From: a virus | Lineage: Duplodnaviria > Caudoviricetes | IMG/VR virus record: IMGVR_UViG_3300044611_000205 | Coordinates: 1-53,022 of that record | DNA length: 53,022 nt | Reading direction: 5' to 3' (one strand) | In this document: in pieces, positions 21,329 to 29,593 of the stretch | Position numbering within the stretch: position 1 is the stretch's first letter | Layout: each line of letters opens with the position of its first letter | Program-made: the position numbers and the translations under genes | The notes under the pieces: generated by a model | Seen by the model: only the letters and a program-made list of their open reading frames with translations | Database searches by the model: none | What the model was told of the DNA's origin: nothing

Positions 21329-21624
21329 TCGTTCAACTTAATCCCAGCAGCCACTTCAATAACTTTATAGATAGTTGGTAAATCAACAATATCTTCTAAC
21401 TTTTCTTTATCTGCTAATTCTGGTTTGTATTGTTTCATTGCAATAACTGCACAATCTAACAATAAGTCCATAGACTTAATATTATCTTCTGATATTTTTT
21501 CATCAGAAATCTTTTGAAACTCTTTCATAAATTCCCTTAAAATTTTAATTTTAAGTGGTTTCATTTCTAGTTTAGTTCCGTCTTGTAACTCAATTTCTAC
21601 TGTTTCGTAAATCGATGTTGCCAT
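21289..21624 (-). CDS. Tail assembly chaperone (gpG-like)
   Basis: Between tail tube and TMP; AAGGAGG RBS. Confidence 0.85.
   Translation of the reverse strand: MATSIYETVEIELQDGTKLEMKPLKIKILREFMKEFQKISDEKISEDNIKSMDLLLDCAVIAMKQYKPELADKEKLEDIVDLPTIYKVIEVAAGIKLNDPNALAAALVGAN
21322..21328 (-). other. -1 ribosomal frameshift slippery heptamer C CCA AAC
   Basis: In-frame X XXY YYZ followed by a GC-rich stem-loop. Confidence 0.8.
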
Positions 21625-21651
21625 TAATAAGCCTCCTTAAGACTCTATAAA

Positions 21652-21660
21652 ATTATAGCA
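21652..21660 (-). promoter_or_regulatory. Extended -10 promoter TGCTATAAT
   Basis: Upstream of the chaperone RBS, just after the tail-tube terminator. Confidence 0.65.
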
Positions 21661-21661
21661 C

Positions 21662-21692
21662 AAAACCCACCCTTAAATATTAAGAGTGGGCT
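21662..21692 (-). terminator. Intrinsic terminator after major tail gene
   Basis: CCCACTCTTAA-TAT-TTAAGGGTGGG stem followed by TTTT. Confidence 0.7.
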
Positions 21693-21705
21693 AAGTGTTA
21701 ATGAT

Positions 21706-22365
21706 TTAGAGCGTACGATCTACGATCTTACCATATGATCCATTAGATGCTGAAAGTAAACGGAATGTTACTTCAAACATAGAAGGTGTATCACGTTTTG
21801 CAGAAACTGTAACATTCTCAATTGAGAGTGCACGGTTTGCTACGTAAACACGTTCTTTAGTGACTTGTGGGTCACCTGTTCCTGGGCCAACGGCAGCGAG
21901 AGCACGTTCTACAGGAACATCACCAATGTCACCAGATTTTAGTTCTAGTGTTTCGTTTGATCCTGAAGTTGTCAAATCAGCGTCCTTAGCAGCAATTGCT
22001 GTTACTAAGTTGTCAAGTGTTGCTTCAGCGAATGCTGTTACAAGACTTACTGACATGCCTTGTTTGTAGAGACGAGCAACGTCTAGTAATTGGTCAACTT
22101 GAACTTCACCAAAGTCTGGTTGGAATTGTAATTCCAAGCCATTCATTGTGTATCCAACGTTTGTCCAATATGATGCGTCTCCTGAGTCTCCGCTCAGTGT
22201 TTCTTTGAATGCTGTTCCATTTGAAAATGCTGGTAAACCGTTTGCACTTGCATTTGAAAATCTATAAGCAGAAGCACTTGAGTAGTAGTCTAAGGAATCA
22301 TCAGCGATAAATAATGCTGCTGCACCTACGATAATTTGTTTTGAATTACCTCTTGTATATGCCAT
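21706..22365 (-). CDS. Major tail (tube) protein
   Basis: IIVGAA, VGYTMNG, VDQLLD, EATLDNL and FEVTFRLL motifs; GGAGG RBS; codon usage of a highly expressed gene. Confidence 0.88.
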   Translation of the reverse strand: MAYTRGNSKQIIVGAAALFIADDSLDYYSSASAYRFSNASANGLPAFSNGTAFKETLSGDSGDASYWTNVGYTMNGLELQFQPDFGEVQVDQLLDVARLYKQGMSVSLVTAFAEATLDNLVTAIAAKDADLTTSGSNETLELKSGDIGDVPVERALAAVGPGTGDPQVTKERVYVANRALSIENVTVSAKRDTPSMFEVTFRLLSASNGSYGKIVDRTL

Positions 22366-22430
22366 ATTGTCTTACCTCCTCTATATATTTTTTAGTGGGG
22401 GCGTATCCTCAATACTATTATATATGGTGT

Positions 22431-23087
22431 TTAAGTAAGGTTCCAGTTTTCAATAGGTACCACTTGTTGGTTTGATGGGTGCCATATTTTTGGCTCTACC
22501 AAATGATAGTCTGCTTTAATGATAATATCTTGAGAAAATACGTTTCTTTGATCATCTAAGTTTGTAGCATCTTTCATATAACTTGTTTGATAAGCATTTA
22601 CACAATGAATTTTAAATCTTTGCCTACCCCCGTAAAAAGTTCTGCACCAATTATTTATATCTTCGGCAGCAGCATCTTCTCTATCTATAATTTCTACCAT
22701 TCTATTTGTAATCATTCTCGTTATAGAATAATCATCTGTAGTTACTTTAAATCTAGATTGTATTGATTTCATTGGATAAAAGTATCTAGTGTTTCCTGAT
22801 CTTTGTTTAATAAAATCATCGTAAATAATAGTAAGAAAGTTAGGTGCTGATTCAACAGCAGGAAGTTCTGTTCCAGCATTTGTTACTGGATAAACTGGAA
22901 TAATTCTTCTTCCATACTCATCACCAATATAAGACCATTCTGTAAATCCAGGCATATCAACCATGGTTTCATAAGCATATCTTAAAATATTATATGTAAC
23001 ATTTTCTAAAGCAGCACTTGCTGACACATCATAAACACCAGCACTTGCTCCAGGATAACTAAATCTTAACTCATCCATTAATATCAT
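22431..23087 (-). CDS. Putative tail terminator/completion protein
   Basis: Synteny: immediately upstream of the tail tube gene. Confidence 0.55.
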   Translation of the reverse strand: MILMDELRFSYPGASAGVYDVSASAALENVTYNILRYAYETMVDMPGFTEWSYIGDEYGRRIIPVYPVTNAGTELPAVESAPNFLTIIYDDFIKQRSGNTRYFYPMKSIQSRFKVTTDDYSITRMITNRMVEIIDREDAAAEDINNWCRTFYGGRQRFKIHCVNAYQTSYMKDATNLDDQRNVFSQDIIIKADYHLVEPKIWHPSNQQVVPIENWNLT

Positions 23088-23766
23088 CTCTTCCTATAGA
23101 GTTAATCCATTGATTTGCTGCATTGGTTCCTAAAGTTCTTGAGTTTTTACTTTTTGATGCTGCTCTAATTCCAGTTTTATATGGTCTTATTTCTTCAATA
23201 GTTTTGTAAAATCTTATTGATTTAAGATATATCTGTGAAAAATATACTTGATAAAATTCATTAAATGCTTCAACAAAGGAGCCTCTGACTCCTTCTCCTC
23301 CAGGGTTTTCAATAGTTATAGGTCCTTTTACAAAAATTTCTTGTCCCTCGACTTCAAAAAACAATGCTTGTGCATTAACTTCAGAAACTATAATGGTTTC
23401 TCCTAATTCCATAACCATTGCCTTATCATAAAATGGTTCATTTGATTTTTGAGATACCGAAGTAGATTGTAAAAAATCTGCAGAAATTGTAACCCCGTTT
23501 CCAGATATAGATTTACTTAATTCAAAAAGTCTTCCAAATGGATCTCCTACTTCTCCCCACTCATAAACATGATGCAGTATTCCAGGATGCATCCTAGCAA
23601 GTCCATCTAAATAATCATAAAAAGCATCTATTCCAATGTCTGCCATTTTTTCAGATAATACTTTTTTTTGTACTCTTGCTTGTTGTATAAATCCTTCTGA
23701 GTAATTGGCAATATTTTTTACAGTATCGGTAAATTGTTTAGCATTAAATTTTGCAGAAATCATCAA
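23071..23766 (-). CDS. Neck/tail completion protein
   Basis: LHHVYEW motif; between stopper and terminator. Confidence 0.55.
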   Translation of the reverse strand: MMISAKFNAKQFTDTVKNIANYSEGFIQQARVQKKVLSEKMADIGIDAFYDYLDGLARMHPGILHHVYEWGEVGDPFGRLFELSKSISGNGVTISADFLQSTSVSQKSNEPFYDKAMVMELGETIIVSEVNAQALFFEVEGQEIFVKGPITIENPGGEGVRGSFVEAFNEFYQVYFSQIYLKSIRFYKTIEEIRPYKTGIRAASKSKNSRTLGTNAANQWINSIGRDDING

Positions 23767-24218
23767 TATACCACCTCATATTGTTTTTTAGATCTAGCAA
23801 TATAGGCACGATAGTATTTAACATTATGACTTGACTCATACCCCGAAATAAAAGACTTTACTTCAAACTGAACACTTTTATTAAGAACTGTTTCCCATAC
23901 CAATGTTCCTTTTGGGTCTTTTATATTTGTAATTAAAATTTCAGTTATTGGCATAAATGTTCCATTTTTCTTTTTTTGTATATTATGGTTTGTTCTAAAT
24001 ATCGCATCAGAGTTTAATTCAAAATAAGCATTGGTTTGTTTTAATTCTGCTGTAAGTGTTGACCTGTCTGCAGCGGTAGATATTACAGAACATTTTATAA
24101 CTCTATCAAATATCCAAGTTTTCTTTGGAACTCCAAGGTCATCTTGCCTACTTTGTGCATAATAAACTTCAGCAGTCATTGGATAAAATATGTTTGAAAA
24201 ATTTGAAGAAGGAAGCAT
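23763..24218 (-). CDS. Putative head-to-tail stopper
   Basis: Synteny and size; Q.DLG..KKTW motif. Confidence 0.55.
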   Translation of the reverse strand: MLPSSNFSNIFYPMTAEVYYAQSRQDDLGVPKKTWIFDRVIKCSVISTAADRSTLTAELKQTNAYFELNSDAIFRTNHNIQKKKNGTFMPITEILITNIKDPKGTLVWETVLNKSVQFEVKSFISGYESSHNVKYYRAYIARSKKQYEVVY

Positions 24219-25091
24219 TTACAACACTCCAACACGTATTGTCTTTTGATACTTTTCTAATATTATGTCTACAATTTTATTTCCAGTTCCAGCACTAAAG
24301 TTTTTAACAAATTTAATTTTAAAGTCATCATTATCAAAAGATTCAATATACTTATTTACATACTTTAGATTGTCTTCAACTATATCTTGTACTAGGATTG
24401 CAGATGCTTCTTTAATATCTTCTGGAATCACCTTCCATCCATAATCGGCATCTACTAAATATTCATATCCTTCATAAAAATCTGTGTCTAAAAATCTATC
24501 TCTCCATACCTTTTTATAGTTCATTCTATTAGATTCTGGGATATCTAAAATTATAGAATTTAACTGTCTATTTATCTTGTATTCAGACTCGTTATTTTCA
24601 GAATCTACATCATACAATAATTCTCCATTTTCGTATATTTTGTATAGTTTATATATAGGCTCATCTATTAATAATTGATCATACCCAGGACCTATAAATT
24701 CTTTTTCTTTTCTAATAAAGTTAAAACCACCAGTATGTGAATCAATTATATATCTTGCTAATTTTTCATATTCTATAGCCTCAGAAACCTTTATAGAAAA
24801 AACTGAGGCTAAAGAACTGGGATTAGAATATGGCCTAATAATATCTATATTTGTCATATTCACTATATCGCTATCCTGGTTTTTAACAGATGCTGCTAAA
24901 GATCCTGTATAAGATAAGTAATGGTTTGGTAATGCAAAAATTGCTACTGATCCTGATGTTGAGGTTGTGCTTGCGGAATAAGATGTTCCAGTAATTAAAT
25001 CGTCTAACTCTAAGGTATAAAAGGAACTTGCAGTTGGTACTGAAAAAGATGCTGATAAACTTGTTGCATTTTCTAATCTTAATATTTCCAT
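24219..25091 (-). CDS. Head-to-tail adaptor
   Basis: Directly after the MCP; AR.IIDS.TG, YGW..IPEDI.EA and VD.IL.KY motifs. Confidence 0.7.
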   Translation of the reverse strand: MEILRLENATSLSASFSVPTASSFYTLELDDLITGTSYSASTTSTSGSVAIFALPNHYLSYTGSLAASVKNQDSDIVNMTNIDIIRPYSNPSSLASVFSIKVSEAIEYEKLARYIIDSHTGGFNFIRKEKEFIGPGYDQLLIDEPIYKLYKIYENGELLYDVDSENNESEYKINRQLNSIILDIPESNRMNYKKVWRDRFLDTDFYEGYEYLVDADYGWKVIPEDIKEASAILVQDIVEDNLKYVNKYIESFDNDDFKIKFVKNFSAGTGNKIVDIILEKYQKTIRVGVL

Positions 25092-25106
25092 TTAAACCTC
25101 TAAATA

Positions 25107-25115
25107 ATTATATCA
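25107..25115 (-). promoter_or_regulatory. Extended -10 promoter TGATATAAT
   Basis: Between the capsid terminator and the GAGG RBS of the adaptor. Confidence 0.65.
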
Positions 25116-25120
25116 TCTAT

Positions 25121-25159
25121 AAAAAATAAGAGGGGAGTATTTCTACCCCCCTCTTTTTT
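25121..25159 (-). terminator. Intrinsic terminator after major capsid gene (possibly bidirectional)
   Basis: AAGAGGGG...CCCCTCTT stem flanked by A and T runs. Confidence 0.8.
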
Positions 25160-25170
25160 GTTTTAAGGTA

Positions 25171-26154
25171 TTATCCTTGTGCGACTGCGATTGCGTCAGT
25201 TTCTTCGATTTGAACTCCAAAGCGTAAGAATACTGTATATTCTACAGTGTCTTTCTTTGGTTGGAACTCACGATGAACTGTAATGTCTCTTTGGAAACCC
25301 CAAATACGGTTTTCAGGGAATGTCAAAGTTACACGGTCTGCAGGCATCAAAGGAACTTCCAATAGAGGAAGTCCAAGTACACGATACTGAAGTGGTGCAC
25401 CTAGTATTTGTGGTTCTTGACCAGCAACAACTCTTTCAACAATTCTTTCGCTGTTCAGGTTACCTGAAGAGCCAAGTCCGTTGATGATTTTAGATACAGT
25501 TTCTGTATCTGCATAGAATTTCATTGCTGAACGTGAAGCACGATATTTACGAGGCATTGCAAGCACAAGTGCTTGTAAGTCTTCGATATCTGTACCGAAT
25601 GTTGCAGTGTTTGTTGAAGTGTTTTCTTTTGCAACAAAACCTTGCATAATGTTCAAGAATGGATTTGATCCAGTTCCTGTACCATTGATTGCTAGATCTT
25701 CAAGATCGTTTGCGAACGCACGAGTCATTGTGCGAACTAAATGATCTTCTAATCCTGCACCTTCTAAGTTATCTTCGAGTGCTTCAGTTGATACTTCCCA
25801 GTCAAGGCGAATTTTCTTTGTAGAAATTTCTACCTTGGTAAAGACTACACCAGCGTTAGTGTAACTTGCATCTGCTTGTGCAGCGGCACGAATTACACGT
25901 TCTCCGACATTCAACTTCTCAAGTTCAGCAGCGTTGGTACGCATTGTTACACGACGACCATCACGAGCCAAAACTTGTTGTTCGAAAATATATTCAATAA
26001 ATTGGCGTGATTGCTCAGGAGATAAGATACCACCATCGTCTGATGTGCTACCTACTACGCCTAGATCACCAGCGGCTGGGGATGTTACTCCACCAATACC
26101 TCCAGATACTACGGCACCTGCTGCAGCCGCCTTTTCTAAAATTTCGTCTGCCAT
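25171..26154 (-). CDS. Major capsid protein (HK97 fold)
   Basis: GGILSPEQ..FI, KIRLDWEVSTEALEDN, FANDLEDLAING; GGAGGTG RBS. Confidence 0.92.
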   Translation of the reverse strand: MADEILEKAAAAGAVVSGGIGGVTSPAAGDLGVVGSTSDDGGILSPEQSRQFIEYIFEQQVLARDGRRVTMRTNAAELEKLNVGERVIRAAAQADASYTNAGVVFTKVEISTKKIRLDWEVSTEALEDNLEGAGLEDHLVRTMTRAFANDLEDLAINGTGTGSNPFLNIMQGFVAKENTSTNTATFGTDIEDLQALVLAMPRKYRASRSAMKFYADTETVSKIINGLGSSGNLNSERIVERVVAGQEPQILGAPLQYRVLGLPLLEVPLMPADRVTLTFPENRIWGFQRDITVHREFQPKKDTVEYTVFLRFGVQIEETDAIAVAQG

Positions 26155-26177
26155 TTTTTTTTCACCTCCCAGTGAAT

Positions 26178-26828
26178 TTAGCGATATAGGTCAGCGGAAT
26201 TGAGGAAACGCCCGCCCCACATGCCTTTTCTTGTTTTTTGTGTTTCCTGTACGAACCCGCCAAGGTCGCCAGACTTACGGACAGCGGTTTCATCTTCTAA
26301 AGAATCTACTCGCTTTCCAAACTCTTCTATACTACTTTTAACTCCTGCAACTTCCTCTTTTGCAGTAGAAATACTTTTTTGTAATTCAATCATCTTTTCA
26401 TTAAGTGATTTTATTGTTACCACCAAGTCTCCAAGTGCTGCAGAAACTGTATTTTGAATCTCATCTATAGATTCTTGTACTGTATCTACGGCATTTGCTA
26501 AGTCAGCATCTGTGCTTTCTTTAGCAGGAGTGTCAGTGGCTTCTAAAGACTCGGCCTTTTCTACAGATTCTTCAACTTTTTTAGTTGTGGTTTTTTCTAC
26601 AGAATCTTCTTCAGTAGGTACTGCTTCTTCAACAGGTGCTGCTTCTTCAGCAGGTGCTGTTTCTTCAGTAGGTACTACTTCTTCAGTAGGTGCTGCTTCT
26701 TCAGCAGGTGCTGCTTCTTCAGCAGGTGCTACTTCTTCAGCAACGACTTCTACATCTTTAGAGTTCACAATGCTTTCTTCAGTTACAACTTCGTCAGACT
26801 TTGTAACTTGTACATTTTTCTTTGCCAT
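26178..26828 (-). CDS. Nested in-frame scaffolding protein (216 aa)
   Basis: Internal AAGGAGGGG-6nt-ATG (MAKKN) at the protease/scaffold boundary. Confidence 0.7.
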   Translation of the reverse strand: MAKKNVQVTKSDEVVTEESIVNSKDVEVVAEEVAPAEEAAPAEEAAPTEEVVPTEETAPAEEAAPVEEAVPTEEDSVEKTTTKKVEESVEKAESLEATDTPAKESTDADLANAVDTVQESIDEIQNTVSAALGDLVVTIKSLNEKMIELQKSISTAKEEVAGVKSSIEEFGKRVDSLEDETAVRKSGDLGGFVQETQKTRKGMWGGRFLNSADLYR

Positions 26829-27611
26829 TTTATTCCCCTCCTTGTCAGGATTTTTATTCTTGGTCAATTCTTCACCAAGTCTAATTTTCTGCGATTTAAT
26901 TAAAGTTTGTATCACAGAATTCTTATCTATGTCATTAGATTCTACAAATCCTATATTGTTCATAGATTTGTCACAAGATGGGCAACTAGATGCTTCTTCT
27001 TCAGACAATCTAATGATGGAATCTGATTCACACCAATATACATTTTCTAAATCTACCTTACTAATCATACCATCTATTTTGTTCTTTCCATTAGACGTCT
27101 TTTCTATAGAAATAATATTTGCAAATTGATTTGCTGGATTGTCTACAAGTGAGAGTTCGTGGAGGTCATAGTCCTTAATAACACGAATTGCTTTATCCAT
27201 CTCGTCATCATAGACCTGTTCAGAATCTTTAATGCTACCGCCAATAGAAAAGCCAGAAAGAGTGCCATCAAGAACCTTTTCCCAAGTATCTTGAGCACCT
27301 TTAGAAATATATGCATTTACGAATACCCCATTATAAAATTTGTCTTCTTCTGGATTGTAGTATTTTTCTGATTTAAAAGCAACCATTCTTCCGACTGCTA
27401 TAGGCATATGCATTTCTCTAATATTTCCCTTAAATCTTTCAAACGCTTTTACGCTAACATCAGTTGGAACAATGTCTGACTGCTTGTCAACATTGTCTAG
27501 GGTAGCAAACCCAGAAACCATTCTTTTTTCTTTGTCTACCTTATCAATAGGCATAGACAGCGTTAAACTATCTTTGTCTGAATGCCAAAAGGCTTTATAA
27601 AAATTAGTCAT
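26178..27611 (-). CDS. Prohead protease fused to acidic scaffold domain
   Basis: IREMH, GFSIGG, ELSLVDNPAN (HK97-type protease); acidic/coiled-coil C-terminal half. Confidence 0.9.
   Translation of the reverse strand: MTNFYKAFWHSDKDSLTLSMPIDKVDKEKRMVSGFATLDNVDKQSDIVPTDVSVKAFERFKGNIREMHMPIAVGRMVAFKSEKYYNPEEDKFYNGVFVNAYISKGAQDTWEKVLDGTLSGFSIGGSIKDSEQVYDDEMDKAIRVIKDYDLHELSLVDNPANQFANIISIEKTSNGKNKIDGMISKVDLENVYWCESDSIIRLSEEEASSCPSCDKSMNNIGFVESNDIDKNSVIQTLIKSQKIRLGEELTKNKNPDKEGNKMAKKNVQVTKSDEVVTEESIVNSKDVEVVAEEVAPAEEAAPAEEAAPTEEVVPTEETAPAEEAAPVEEAVPTEEDSVEKTTTKKVEESVEKAESLEATDTPAKESTDADLANAVDTVQESIDEIQNTVSAALGDLVVTIKSLNEKMIELQKSISTAKEEVAGVKSSIEEFGKRVDSLEDETAVRKSGDLGGFVQETQKTRKGMWGGRFLNSADLYR
26607..26745 (-). 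repeat. 18-bp coding tandem repeat (APAEEA/VPTEE) x ~7-8
   Basis: Repeated ttcttcagcaggtgctgc units. Confidence 0.85.
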
Positions 27612-27666
27612 GCTACCTCTATTATAATAAGTGTTTATAGCACTTTATTTTATTATAACACTTATT

Positions 27667-29220
27667 TTATTCTTGTGATCTACCTTCACCCTGCGGACCT
27701 CTTCCAGTAGTCGTAGAGGATGAGTCTGAAGCATTGGCAGTTCTTTCTTGATCCCTCATCCTATTTCCACCAGACTGGGCTATTTGCTCTGCCCTGGCTT
27801 GTGCTCCTAGAACTATTGGATCCATTCCACCTGGCCTTGCTGGATATCCTAATCTTTCTCGAACTTCGTTTGGAACCAATACCTGCATTCTTAAGTATCT
27901 TTCATCTATTTGACTTTGGGTCTGTTCGTCCGTTAAGGTTAACTCATTAAACTTAAAAACAAGGAGATCAGTTTTTTCTTTAATAATCTTGTTAATTGTT
28001 TTTTCTAAGTTTCTTTGTGCTGGTCTAGCAACTTGCTCTTTAAATGTTCTATCTGCAACAAGAGCGGAGGCTATTGATACTCCAGCACCTCCACCAACTT
28101 TTGAATAAGGTACTTGATGTGCCATCAAGACATCATCACGATTTGCTTTTCTATATCTATCAAAAGAACCATCTTGAATACCGTTCTCAATAGGCTCTAA
28201 TTTAAATTCTACCTTGTTGTCTGGTCCATCTCCAGGAAGTGGTATATATAGGGTTCTATGGTTTTGACCTTTAAGTCCCGATTGCATAAATCTAAAAAAC
28301 TTGTCTTCTGCATCAGGGCTTAATTTTGCACCCTTTATTAATGCTAAATATCTTGGGACTGCCTTATTTTCAAAATAGTCAACATTATACTTTGCTGCTA
28401 ATTCGTTTCCTACCATAGAAGTTGCTGAAGCAACTGTGTCTGGAACTCCATAGTATGAATTTTTTGGAGAATATTTCTTTATGTGAACTAGTTCATTAGG
28501 TCTTGAATCACTAGTAACAGGATTAACATTTGTACCTTGAAAATTTCTAAAGTAAACAACTTTTTGATTTACTATCTGTATATACCCGTCACGCATACGA
28601 CGAACACGAATTGTTGTTGCTGGAATATGACCAATGTACCCTATGTCTCCATTAATCTTTCTTCCTATTTCTAGATATCCATTACCAGTTGACTCTACGT
28701 CTGTATAAACCTTTTCTAAAACATGGGTAAATGTGTCTTCGTCATTTAGGCTTTCAAGCCATTCACTTAGTGCTGCCTTTGCTCTTTGAATTTTACGTTG
28801 AGCACGCATTAGTTGTTCATCAGACTCTGCTTCTTCTAATCTGGCAAGAGTTGAGTCTGTCATTTCAAATCCATATCCTAGTCCTACAATGTTTGAAACT
28901 TTTGCAGAAATTGCTGCGTGGTTAGAAAAAGAATTCTCGTAAAAATAAGCCAATTCATCTAGGTTGTACGGAGGAATAACTACATCAAAAAGTCCATATG
29001 CTGTAACCATGTCCATTTCTGGAAATAGTTGTTTTGATCTTGCGTCTTCAACTCCCTGAAATGCTTTATTTAAAGTTCTATTTACTTTTCTTTTAAAATT
29101 ATTTGTTAGTCCATAGTATGACTTAACTATTTCTGCACTAGTAATAAATGGATCATTGCCTTCTTTTTTTTCTACTCTGTCAAGATTGTCTATTCTTGCT
29201 CTTGATTCATTATCTTCCAT
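27667..29220 (-). CDS. Portal protein
   Basis: TGNGYLEI, YYGVPD, YFENKAVP, NEVRERLGYP motifs; upstream of the protease. Confidence 0.92.
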   Translation of the reverse strand: MEDNESRARIDNLDRVEKKEGNDPFITSAEIVKSYYGLTNNFKRKVNRTLNKAFQGVEDARSKQLFPEMDMVTAYGLFDVVIPPYNLDELAYFYENSFSNHAAISAKVSNIVGLGYGFEMTDSTLARLEEAESDEQLMRAQRKIQRAKAALSEWLESLNDEDTFTHVLEKVYTDVESTGNGYLEIGRKINGDIGYIGHIPATTIRVRRMRDGYIQIVNQKVVYFRNFQGTNVNPVTSDSRPNELVHIKKYSPKNSYYGVPDTVASATSMVGNELAAKYNVDYFENKAVPRYLALIKGAKLSPDAEDKFFRFMQSGLKGQNHRTLYIPLPGDGPDNKVEFKLEPIENGIQDGSFDRYRKANRDDVLMAHQVPYSKVGGGAGVSIASALVADRTFKEQVARPAQRNLEKTINKIIKEKTDLLVFKFNELTLTDEQTQSQIDERYLRMQVLVPNEVRERLGYPARPGGMDPIVLGAQARAEQIAQSGGNRMRDQERTANASDSSSTTTGRGPQGEGRSQE

Positions 29221-29575
29221 TTTTATTCATACCCTTTTCTGCTAGCATCCAAGCACCGATATCTGTTTCACTTGGAATAAGTCCGTTTTTCATTCTATCA
29301 ATTTGGTTTTGATGCTCTTCGTCAGATACTCTATTTACACCAGCCATAAAATAAACCTTTCCTACTGGTGCATTATAGTGTTCTGCGGCTTGTCTTATTT
29401 TTGACATTTTTTCTAAATCGTATGGTCTTCCAGGGATATTCATAATATTTCCGTTACCATCACCAAATGGCTTACTATCATAGTCACAAAGCCAAACATA
29501 TACTCCCCAGTCTGACTGTTTTTCTATGACTGTTAGTTTAGGCTTACCATTATTCTTTAATTTTTTTTGATTCAT
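29210..29575 (-). CDS. Hypothetical phage protein (leaderless)
   Basis: ATG at 29575 is 7 nt downstream of TGGTATACT. Confidence 0.7.
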   Translation of the reverse strand: MNQKKLKNNGKPKLTVIEKQSDWGVYVWLCDYDSKPFGDGNGNIMNIPGRPYDLEKMSKIRQAAEHYNAPVGKVYFMAGVNRVSDEEHQNQIDRMKNGLIPSETDIGAWMLAEKGMNKNGR

Positions 29576-29593
29576 GCACACAAGTATACCATA

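Noticed and set aside
26200-27371. Long plus-strand ORFs (e.g. 26512-27129, 205 aa)
   Set aside because: Antisense shadows of the repetitive protease/scaffold gene, with no RBS or recognisable motifs.
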